From positions 1 through 35,163 of the IMG/VR virus record IMGVR_UViG_3300014208_001455: a DNA stretch of 35,163 nucleotides, one strand, 5' to 3'. How positions within the stretch are numbered: position 1 is the first letter of the stretch; each line of letters opens with the position of its first letter. The notes under the pieces are model-generated. The model searched no databases. It was not told where the DNA came from and saw only the letters and a program-made list of their open reading frames with translations. The DNA comes from a virus (Duplodnaviria > Caudoviricetes). Below are positions 1 to 7,623 of the stretch, piece after piece. Made by a program: the position numbers and the translations under genes.

Positions 1-846
1 ATGCCATCAAGCAACCCCACGACAGCGATCACTCCGGCTAATCTGCGCACGATCGACAAGTACACCCAAGAAGAAAAAGAGATTATCCGTAACCAGATCG
101 CCAAAGGGTGCACGGATACCGAGGTCGGATACTTCCTAACGGTCTGTAAGAGCGTAGGACTCTCCCCATTTTCCAAACAGATCTATTGCATCAAACGGGG
201 AGCTGGAGCGACTATCCAGGTTTCCATCGACGGCTTTCGCGCAATCGCCGCGCGAACCAAACAGCTCGCAGGCATTGACCAGGCCATCTACGACACAGAA
301 TCGGCACCGAACCCAAACAAAGCCTCTGTGACCGTCTGGCGCCTCACGCAGGGTCAACGCTACGCCTACACAGGCGTCGCTCGCTGGGAGGAGTACAAGC
401 AGGATGCCGGACCCATGTGGAAACGGATGCCGTACCTCATGCTTGCCAAGTGTGCCGAGTCCCTCGCTTTGCGCAAGGCATTCCCGAACGAGCTCTCTGA
501 TCTTTATACGCACGAGGAGATGGGGCAGGCAGATAACGCGGAAGAGCCACGGATCATCCAGAAAACAGAGATCGCCACTCCAAAGCCAGGACCGGTCCAG
601 GTCACCACGGTCGACGAGACGCCAGCAGAAGCACGTCGTATCGAAGAGGACGCGAAACAGAGGATCGAGATCGTTCGCCTCACGCAATCCCTCGGGTTCC
701 TTCCAAAATCAGTAGAAGAGTGGAATGTCACTATCAAGACCCTGACGAACTACGACCTTGTATCAGAGCAGTATCCGGCAATCATTGAGCGCCTTTCTCG
801 CCTCGTGGCGAACAAGGCCGGAAAGGAGAGCGTATGCAACGCGTAA
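1..846 (+). CDS. bet: Phage ssDNA-annealing recombinase, Bet/RecT family
   Basis: Motifs GLSPFSKQIY, IQVSIDGFRAIA, WKRMPYLMLAKCAESLALRKAFP, LYTHEEM. Confidence 0.92.
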   Translation: MPSSNPTTAITPANLRTIDKYTQEEKEIIRNQIAKGCTDTEVGYFLTVCKSVGLSPFSKQIYCIKRGAGATIQVSIDGFRAIAARTKQLAGIDQAIYDTESAPNPNKASVTVWRLTQGQRYAYTGVARWEEYKQDAGPMWKRMPYLMLAKCAESLALRKAFPNELSDLYTHEEMGQADNAEEPRIIQKTEIATPKPGPVQVTTVDETPAEARRIEEDAKQRIEIVRLTQSLGFLPKSVEEWNVTIKTLTNYDLVSEQYPAIIERLSRLVANKAGKESVCNA

Positions 847-1415
847 TTCAAATGCGAGACGCCAAGGGCCGATACGGGGAGACCGTGAACGTCGTAAAGA
901 CCATCGTGGTCACGGTATTCCTCACCCTCGTCGCCCTCGGCACCATCCGTTCCATCGTCATCGCGCGCTCGCTGAATAAACAGGTCCAGGTTCCGCAGGT
1001 TGCCGCCGCTACGATCGAAGCTCCCCGGACGTGGGTCGGCCGCACGCTCACAGACGCGGAATACTACGCCATCGCCAGTTCGGACTCATACGGATTGCAT
1101 GGCGACGCCTACACGGTCGTCAAAGGCTCTGTGACGAAATACAGCCGCATCGACTCCTGCCACAACAAGAACGACAAAGGGGAGTGCATCACGGCATCAG
1201 GAAAGCCGGTCAAGCACGGGATCACGGTCGCTTGCCCACACAAGATCAAGCTCGGCACCAAGGTCGCCATCAACGGGAAGATCTACACCTGCGAGGATCG
1301 TACAGCTCGTTGGGTGCAAGCCAAATTCGGGGATACGTTCGACATCTTCGACGATAGCCATTCCGCGGCCGTGAAGTGGGGACGTCAGAATCTCAAAGTC
1401 GCCATCATGAACTAA
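834..1415 (+). CDS. Membrane-anchored 3D-domain (MltA-like) protein
   Basis: N-terminal hydrophobic helix; ITASGKPV..GITVACP..I.LGTKV.I.G..Y.CEDR..FDIF..A..WG pattern. Confidence 0.75.
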   Translation: MQRVIQMRDAKGRYGETVNVVKTIVVTVFLTLVALGTIRSIVIARSLNKQVQVPQVAAATIEAPRTWVGRTLTDAEYYAIASSDSYGLHGDAYTVVKGSVTKYSRIDSCHNKNDKGECITASGKPVKHGITVACPHKIKLGTKVAINGKIYTCEDRTARWVQAKFGDTFDIFDDSHSAAVKWGRQNLKVAIMN

Positions 1416-1425
1416 CCTCGCTCCT

Positions 1426-1602
1426 ATGAACCAAGACCCAGCTCAACGCCAAGCTCTCCGCACGCTATTCGCCAAACATTCGTACCTCAAAGGTTTCCTA
1501 GCCGCGCAGGATGAAACGATGGACAACGCGCAACAGAAGCGGGCGCAGATCGAGCGAGAGCTCAGGGCGGTAGAACGAGAAATCGAATCGGCGAAGCATT
1601 AA
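1426..1602 (+). CDS. Small coiled-coil hypothetical protein (58 aa, MNQDPAQRQALRTLF...)
   Basis: Hand-translated; below ORF-track cutoff; ctATG context, fills gap. Confidence 0.6.
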   Translation: MNQDPAQRQALRTLFAKHSYLKGFLAAQDETMDNAQQKRAQIERELRAVEREIESAKH

Positions 1603-1661
1603 GTCACAAAATCTCCCCTCCTACGCCCTCCAGGCATCTGGGAGGGGAGTGCGGGCACCTT

Positions 1662-2357
1662 ATGCAATCATCATCTAAAAAATCAACGCAATTCGGTGGC
1701 TTCTGGATGATTCCAAAAGCCACGAAGGGTCTCTCACTCGGAGCTCGGTTCGTGTTTGGCATGCTTGTCACGCGTGCGAACGGGGAAAATGAGTGCTGGC
1801 CTGGTCAGATCGCTATCGCTGAAGAAATGGGCGTCAACGTGCGCACCGTTCAACGTATCCTCGACGAGCTTGTTCTCATCGGGATGATTCAGGTTGTCCG
1901 AACCGGAAAGTGCAAGACGAACATGTACCGAATCGTGGGAAATTACTTCGCCACTCAGCCGGTTGAGAAAGTGTCCACAGAGAGTGATACGACAAATTGT
2001 CGCATCACTCCAGAAGAGGAAAAAGAGGCGAGTGATACGACACCGGTGTCGTCCACTGATACGACACCCATGTCGCATCCATATATGAATAAGAACAGTA
2101 CAAAAAGAACAGTATCCCCCTTACCCCCACAAGTGGGGGGATTGGCCAGATCAAAAAAACTGAACCCGAGGGCCATGGGCACAAACCCAAGAGCGCTCAA
2201 TCCGAACTACAAGCCCGCGCAAGCAAAGAAAAAACCTTACATCGACGGGGATCCTGCCTTCCATGACGATGCCACGGACTCATGGCGGGTCAAGATTCAC
2301 ACGGGGGAGTGGAAAGAATACGCCGGCAACGTCAAGGAAAAACTGGAGTGGAGATGA
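1662..2357 (+). CDS. Phage replication initiator with N-terminal winged HTH
   Basis: CWPGQIAIAEEMGVNVRTVQRILDELVLIGMI HTH, NMYRI motif, internal iteron-like repeats, position after recombinase. Confidence 0.75.
   Translation: MQSSSKKSTQFGGFWMIPKATKGLSLGARFVFGMLVTRANGENECWPGQIAIAEEMGVNVRTVQRILDELVLIGMIQVVRTGKCKTNMYRIVGNYFATQPVEKVSTESDTTNCRITPEEEKEASDTTPVSSTDTTPMSHPYMNKNSTKRTVSPLPPQVGGLARSKKLNPRAMGTNPRALNPNYKPAQAKKKPYIDGDPAFHDDATDSWRVKIHTGEWKEYAGNVKEKLEWR
1982..2114. repeat. Putative phage origin: three GATACGACA-N3/4-TGTCG dyad repeats plus AT-rich tract
   Basis: Repeats at 1982-2010, 2030-2057, 2057-2079; AAGAACAGTA twice in following A-rich stretch. Confidence 0.7.
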
Positions 2358-2542
2358 GGTATATGAGTCAGTACACGGCAGACATGCGCGAGAAGGTGAT
2401 CCGAGCCATCCGAGCCGCACTCGCCTCAAATCCTCACTTCCTGGAGACGGGCGTCGCGGCGAAGATCATGGCGAAATACCTCATCACGCCAGACGAGATC
2501 ACGAAGGAACCACCTGGAGCGCTCGCCCTCTTTCCGCCCTGA
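2354..2542 (+). CDS. Hypothetical protein
   Basis: ATGA overlap with initiator stop codon. Confidence 0.6.
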   Translation: MRYMSQYTADMREKVIRAIRAALASNPHFLETGVAAKIMAKYLITPDEITKEPPGALALFPP

Positions 2543-2990
2543 TACACCGAACGGTGTTGCGCACTAGCCTGCGCACAGTACGGATCACGACGCGACTCTC
2601 TGGATGGATCGAAAGATGGGCGGGGGAGGAAGACAGCCGTCAACCTCGCCTCTCCCACCTATCCCAAGCGCCCTGCGAAGGCGAAGTCCGAGCAATCGGC
2701 TAGCCCAGCGGATCAAGAGCGATGGGATGGGTGGGGGAAAGCCCGAGACGGCTCTCGCTGGTGAGGCGGCATGGCGGCGGTACCACAAGCATGGGCGCCG
2801 TCACCTGCCTCGCCAGCGGGAATGAGCACACTCGCACCTCATTTCGTACGCTCACAACACGAACAGGGCGAAAGGCAAGACGGGAACTCTTGCCGTTCGC
2901 CTCCGGTCTGAGAGCCAACCATTGCGCAAGCGGTGGAAGGACGACAAGCCTCTCAGGTCGAAGGCGGAAATAACCGCGCTCATTCGTTTC
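2543..2990 (+). ncRNA. Candidate large structured ncRNA of unknown class
   Basis: Multiple 8-17 bp helices with G-U pairs on + strand, GCAA tetraloops, no credible ORF. Confidence 0.55.
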
Positions 2991-2994
2991 TTTT

Positions 2995-3219
2995 ATGCCG
3001 AAGTTTCACGTCCATGCTCGTGTTTCTTGGCTCTGCCGACCTAAAGAAGGCAAGCCGTTTGTTTGCAAAGGGGAGATCGTTAAAATTAAGCCCGTCCTAT
3101 TTGGCGGTAAGCTCAAAGCCGTGGGTGCGTTGGTCAAGGTGTCGTCCAAGGCATACCTCCAGACCCACAAACGAAAAACAGCACTCATCCGTACCAGTAG
3201 ATTGACGCTTGTCGCTTAG
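2995..3219 (+). CDS. Hypothetical basic protein
   Basis: ttATG start, tandem arrangement with next ORFs. Confidence 0.55.
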   Translation: MPKFHVHARVSWLCRPKEGKPFVCKGEIVKIKPVLFGGKLKAVGALVKVSSKAYLQTHKRKTALIRTSRLTLVA

Positions 3220-3225
3220 GCGATC

Positions 3226-3588
3226 ATGTCAGCGTCGAAGGAGCTCGGCCGTGTGCTTGCGGTCATAGTCGTCGGGGAGCGGCGAGCACTCCTAGCTTTT
3301 CGACGCCGTGGCGTGCCCGTCGACTTCAATGCAGACGGATTCGAGGAGTGGGCCGGCGCGGTTGGTTGGACGGTCCAGATCGCCGGCCAGAGGGATGAGG
3401 AGCTCCTGCGCAACCTGAGCGACGCGTACGAGAAGTACGTCGAGTATCAGAAGCAGGAATGCTACCTCATGGCGGACGAGTGGCTTACCAAAGCCGATCG
3501 TCTCGTCAAAGCTCTCATGATGAATTCAGTGACATCATCGGAGAATACGGGCTCTATACAGGAGCTCAACAAATCAAAACAAAAATAG
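3226..3588 (+). CDS. Hypothetical protein
   Basis: 120-aa ORF closely following the previous gene. Confidence 0.6.
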   Translation: MSASKELGRVLAVIVVGERRALLAFRRRGVPVDFNADGFEEWAGAVGWTVQIAGQRDEELLRNLSDAYEKYVEYQKQECYLMADEWLTKADRLVKALMMNSVTSSENTGSIQELNKSKQK

Positions 3589-3610
3589 CATTAATTTATC
3601 AATCAAACGT

Positions 3611-3823
3611 ATGCCAGAACAACTTGAAATCAACGCAGGTAGAATCGTCGAGGAGCCAATCCGCAAACTCCTACGCAAAATTAATCAAGCGGTGGAATTG
3701 GCCGCTGAAATTTGGCCAGAGCCACCACAAGCGGCAGGAATGCCGGATCCGTGGACCATGAATCTATCCGAAATCGTAAACGCACGGATCACGCTCAAGC
3801 GGTATCAGCCGCGGAAGCAATAG
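3611..3823 (+). CDS. Hypothetical protein
   Basis: gtATG start after AT-rich spacer. Confidence 0.6.
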   Translation: MPEQLEINAGRIVEEPIRKLLRKINQAVELAAEIWPEPPQAAGMPDPWTMNLSEIVNARITLKRYQPRKQ

Positions 3824-4195
3824 CAGTAGGGCGACGCAAGTCGCTGTGAGGTGGTGATGTCGGACTGTGAGCCGAAGGGTATGGGTGAAAAACCCATTAG
3901 GGCTTCTAAGAACCCCCAGAAACGAGTGGGCCGCCAAACTGGAACTTGGATATATTTCCAAACGAATCGCGACTCGCTACAAGTCAAACCTTGTTCATCA
4001 CCTCTTCACAGCGACCTACGTCGCAATCACGTGCAGAACAGCGTAGGGAAGCGGTCGCCCCGAATGCGTGGGCTAAGGCCTAAACCAGCCTACAAATACC
4101 GTGTCTCCTGTGTGGTGCAAATCCACTACTGCACAACCTACAAACCAAGGGAGGGGGCAATCTGTCCCCACCCTTCGCGGATCAAGGAGGTCACC
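3824..4195 (+). ncRNA. Candidate structured RNA or regulatory leader
   Basis: Long-range helix 3840-3857 with ~3994-4015, GCGAC-GCAA-GTCGC, ATGGGT-GAAAA-ACCCAT and other hairpins. Confidence 0.45.
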
Positions 4196-4390
4196 ATGTA
4201 CATGTTCTTGCAGACGGGGGTCAAGGTTAAGCTCCTCAATGTGGTGTTTTGCCGCGAGACGTACGACGGTATCTGTATGCTCGCGCCGCTCAACCCCAAC
4301 TTCACCTTCGAGACGGAACGTCACGGCACTGTGAAGCTGTACCAGCTCTCGCTTCGCTGGACGGACTTGCTCGACATCAACCCGCACTAG
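4196..4390 (+). CDS. Hypothetical protein (64 aa)
   Basis: Strong SD AAGGAGGT before ATG 4196; upstream extension in ORF track unlikely. Confidence 0.6.
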   Translation: MYMFLQTGVKVKLLNVVFCRETYDGICMLAPLNPNFTFETERHGTVKLYQLSLRWTDLLDINPH

Positions 4391-4399
4391 GAGGACGGC

Positions 4400-4633
4400 A
4401 TGATCACGCTTCGCACGAAGAAGGGAATCCTCACATTCCCGCTGGACAAGGACGGGGTCGCGATTCTGCGGCTCCTCAAGCACCACGCTCCGTTCCTGGA
4501 GCTCGTGGGCAAGGCGGACACCAACACCATCCGCCTCGTTTACCTGGGCGAGATCGAGCTCCCCCACGGGGAAGCTCCTGCGCCTCCCAACGCGGATCGC
4601 GCACAGCTCGCCAAGCTCGGCGGGACGTCGTAA
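4400..4633 (+). CDS. Hypothetical protein (77 aa)
   Basis: SD AGGAGG before ATG. Confidence 0.6.
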   Translation: MITLRTKKGILTFPLDKDGVAILRLLKHHAPFLELVGKADTNTIRLVYLGEIELPHGEAPAPPNADRAQLAKLGGTS

Positions 4634-4728
4634 CCACCGCCCTCTACCATAAGGGCGAAACGGAAGGCACGGGTGACCGCGTAAAAGGTTTGGCCATTCC
4701 TTCTCAAAATGGCCACCTTCTCTCACTT

Positions 4729-5028
4729 ATGAACATCAAAATCTATACAGCGCCAGGATGTAAGCATTGCCACGAGCTCCGCTTGTTTCTCAAGAGCCGA
4801 GGACTGCGCTTTTTCGAGCTCAGCACGAATCAACTCAAAAACGCCAAGGAGGCGGTCAGAATATCCGGACAGATGGGCGTGCCCGTGATCGACATCAACG
4901 GGCAGATTATCGTGGGATGGAATCAGGCGGTTTTGGACAAGGCGATCAGCTTGGGGAGGCACCCGATCATGAACGGTGCGCTGGATGAATTGGCGGATAA
5001 GGAATTCGGAGATGGAAAGAATTCGTAA
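4729..5028 (+). CDS. Glutaredoxin/NrdH-like redoxin
   Basis: IKIYTAPGCKHC (CxxC), SGQMGVPVIDING..IVGW. Confidence 0.9.
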   Translation: MNIKIYTAPGCKHCHELRLFLKSRGLRFFELSTNQLKNAKEAVRISGQMGVPVIDINGQIIVGWNQAVLDKAISLGRHPIMNGALDELADKEFGDGKNS

Positions 5029-5466
5029 ATGGCTATGAAAGTCCTTTTTCTTGACATTGATGGCGTCGTGAATTGTAAAACAACGACACAGCGCCATCGT
5101 GGATATATCGGCATTGATCCCTACATGGCGTTTCTGGTGGGGAGAATTGTCGAAGCAACTGATGCAAAGGTCGTCCTCTCTTCAAGCTGGCGATATTTCG
5201 AGGATGGCCGTGCAGAGGTAGAGCGGCAGGTGGTGAAATGCATCGATGTGACGCCAAATCTTCCGATTTCTGGCGGAGTCGAAGCGTGCGAACGCGGGAA
5301 TGAGATTCAAGCGTGGCTCACAGAACATCCAGAGGTCGAACGCTACGCAATCCTCGACGATGACAGCGACTTTCTGCCAGATCAGCCGCTTTTCAAGACC
5401 TCCTGGGAGACGGGGCTGACGGAGGAGATTGCGGGAAGGGTTATTCAATTTCTAAACGTAAAATAG
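5029..5466 (+). CDS. HAD-superfamily phosphatase resembling the HAD domain of Swiss-Army-Knife RNA-repair proteins
   Basis: VLFLDIDGVVN, VVLSSSWR, RGNEIQAWL, YAILDDD motifs. Confidence 0.8.
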   Translation: MAMKVLFLDIDGVVNCKTTTQRHRGYIGIDPYMAFLVGRIVEATDAKVVLSSSWRYFEDGRAEVERQVVKCIDVTPNLPISGGVEACERGNEIQAWLTEHPEVERYAILDDDSDFLPDQPLFKTSWETGLTEEIAGRVIQFLNVK

Positions 5467-5468
5467 CT

Positions 5469-5630
5469 ATGTGGTTCAAATATGTGTTGATTGTATTTTG
5501 GATAATCGGTGCGATCGGCACCATCAGCATGATAGGCGATGAGCGCAAGCCAATAACAAAGGGAATGGCTATCGCTACGGTAGCGGTGACCGTTGCTATG
5601 ATTTTTGGAATCATCAATTACTGGAAATAA
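5469..5630 (+). CDS. Small two-TM membrane protein (53 aa, MWFKYVLIVFWII...)
   Basis: Hand-translated; fills the gap between neighbours; two hydrophobic helices. Confidence 0.65.
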   Translation: MWFKYVLIVFWIIGAIGTISMIGDERKPITKGMAIATVAVTVAMIFGIINYWK

Positions 5631-5631
5631 T

Positions 5632-5889
5632 ATGCCCATGATTTACATGCCGAGCACCACGGCCAACCTCAAAGAGATGGTGACGCAAGAGGATAGTGTC
5701 CTTGCCGCATTTATGAAGCGCGTGTGGCAGGCGCGCATCTTTGGGCAAAAAGCGTCTATGCTCCCCGCGAAGATGCGCACGAAGGCGATAAACGGGCAGG
5801 TACGGCTCGATGTGGCAGAGGCGCCGGAACCGACGGCGGAGGACGTGGCGAAATTCAGGGAGGAGCTTAAGAAGATGGGGGAGAAATGA
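5632..5889 (+). CDS. Hypothetical protein
   Basis: tATG start 1 nt after previous stop. Confidence 0.6.
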   Translation: MPMIYMPSTTANLKEMVTQEDSVLAAFMKRVWQARIFGQKASMLPAKMRTKAINGQVRLDVAEAPEPTAEDVAKFREELKKMGEK

Positions 5890-5890
5890 T

Positions 5891-7138
5891 ATGCAACAAG
5901 TTATCTCAACCGAAAAAATCCCTATTAAGGTCTGGCTTGATGAAGCAGAACCAGGCGCGATGGACCAAATAAAGCACATCGCGAATCTTCCATTCGCTTT
6001 CCACCACGTCGCCATCATGCCCGACACACATCAGGGCTATGGGATGCCGATCGGTGGTATCCTTGCGACGGAAGGCGTTGTAATTCCGAATGCTGTCGGT
6101 GTTGATATTGGATGTGGAATGTGCGCGGTCAAGACAAACATCACCGACATCACAAAGGATAAGGTCAAGGCGATTCTAGGATGCATCCGTGCGCTCGTAC
6201 CCGTTGGCTTTGAGCATCACAAAGAAAAGCAGGACGAGATGCTCATGCCAAGGGCTGATACTGTAAGTGGACTCAATAATGCAACGCCAGACATAACAAG
6301 GTATCCAGTGATCCATAATGAATATAATTCAGCTCTCAAACAGCTCGGCACGCTTGGCGGTGGTAATCATTTCATCGAATTGCAAAAAGGGAGTGACGGT
6401 TTCGTATGGATCATGATCCATTCTGGCTCGCGTAACCTTGGAAAGAAGGTCGCGGATCATTACAACAAGCTCGCCGTTGAGCTGAACGAACAATGGCATA
6501 CCTCTGTACCGAAGTCATGGGAATTGGCGTTTTTACCGCTTGATAGCGAAGAAGGCGTCGCGTACATGCGTGAGATGCAATACTGCGTAGACTTCGCGCT
6601 TGCCAACCGCAAGCTCATGATGGAACGGTGCAAGCAAGCGATAAGAGAGGTAATCCCGTTGCATCCGTCTATATCCAATCCAGGTGGATTAAGCACATCA
6701 GATCTTCGTGAAACATCTTTTGACCCGATGATTAACATTGCCCACAACTATGCACGTTTGGAAAACCATTTTGGAAAGAATGTTCTGGTGCATCGAAAAG
6801 GGGCTACATCGGCTAGACAGGGGGAGACGGGACTTATTCCGGGGTCCATGGGGTCGAAGTCATTTGTGGTGGTGGGTAAGGGTAATCCTGAATCCTTTAC
6901 GTCTTGCTCTCATGGCGCTGGGAGACGCCTTGGTCGCAAAGATGCGTGTAGAAAACTCAACCTTGAGGAACAGAAAGCTTTGATGGACGCACAGGGCATT
7001 ATTCATGGTATGCGTAATCAAGACGATCTGGAAGAGGCTCCGGGAGCGTATAAACCGATTGAGGAGGTAATGGCGTTTCAAAAGGACTTGGTGGACATCG
7101 TCGTCGAATTATCGCCGCTTGGCGTTGTGAAAGGATGA
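5891..7138 (+). CDS. rtcB: RtcB-family RNA ligase
   Basis: MPDTHQGYGMPIGG, GVDIGCG, LGTLGGGNHF, HSGSR, HNY, HRKGA, IPGSMG, SCSHGAGR, EAPGAYK. Confidence 0.96.
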   Translation: MQQVISTEKIPIKVWLDEAEPGAMDQIKHIANLPFAFHHVAIMPDTHQGYGMPIGGILATEGVVIPNAVGVDIGCGMCAVKTNITDITKDKVKAILGCIRALVPVGFEHHKEKQDEMLMPRADTVSGLNNATPDITRYPVIHNEYNSALKQLGTLGGGNHFIELQKGSDGFVWIMIHSGSRNLGKKVADHYNKLAVELNEQWHTSVPKSWELAFLPLDSEEGVAYMREMQYCVDFALANRKLMMERCKQAIREVIPLHPSISNPGGLSTSDLRETSFDPMINIAHNYARLENHFGKNVLVHRKGATSARQGETGLIPGSMGSKSFVVVGKGNPESFTSCSHGAGRRLGRKDACRKLNLEEQKALMDAQGIIHGMRNQDDLEEAPGAYKPIEEVMAFQKDLVDIVVELSPLGVVKG

Positions 7139-7185
7139 TATGACCACTCTAACCGTAGGAGGGCTGATTGAAAAACGATTTTGAT

Positions 7186-7623
7186 ATGGCCCGCCCAAAG
7201 AATTCCTCAAAATATAAGCCGGAGATGGACTCCATCGCCGAGGAGTTTCTTGCGTCTGGATACAGCTTGGAGGCTCTGTGCGGCCATTTATTGATCGACC
7301 GCGATACGTTGTACGAATGGACAAAAAAGGACGGAGAATACTACAAGGGGAGTTTTTCCGAAGCCGTAAAAAGGGGACTCGATCGTGGACGTTATTTTTG
7401 GGAGCGAATCGGCATCGAAATGTCGACCATGAACAGCCGCAAGCGCCCAGGCAATTTCGTGACGTGGATCTTCAACATGAAGAACCGATACGGCTGGACG
7501 GATGCCATCAAGGTGAAGGAAGAGGTGACGGTCACGAACTTTGCGGATTACGTCAACCAAGCCTATGCCGAAGCCGCAAAAGAAAATCACAAACATCGAG
7601 CGCCTCCAAAAAAGTCCCGTTGA
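7186..7623 (+). CDS. terS: Terminase small subunit
   Basis: RP..Y start, HTH-like GYSLEALC..IDRDTLYEW, FSEAVK, WIFNMKNRYGW; directly before TerL. Confidence 0.78.
   Translation: MARPKNSSKYKPEMDSIAEEFLASGYSLEALCGHLLIDRDTLYEWTKKDGEYYKGSFSEAVKRGLDRGRYFWERIGIEMSTMNSRKRPGNFVTWIFNMKNRYGWTDAIKVKEEVTVTNFADYVNQAYAEAAKENHKHRAPPKKSR

Noticed and set aside
2543-2990. Group II intron or hammerhead ribozyme resemblance (CCGGTCTGAG, GGGGAAAGCCC, CTGAGAG)
   Set aside because: No domain V motif, no RT, no interrupted gene; CTGAGAG does not fit the CUGANGA core
2263-3205. Overlapping Arg/Gly/Pro-rich ORFs across the structured region
   Set aside because: Shadow-like composition, atypical starts, none matches a known family
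7090-7186. 36-bp promoter layout upstream of terminase small subunit
   Set aside because: GGTGGACAT at 7090 has no -10-like hexamer at +36; pattern not supported here
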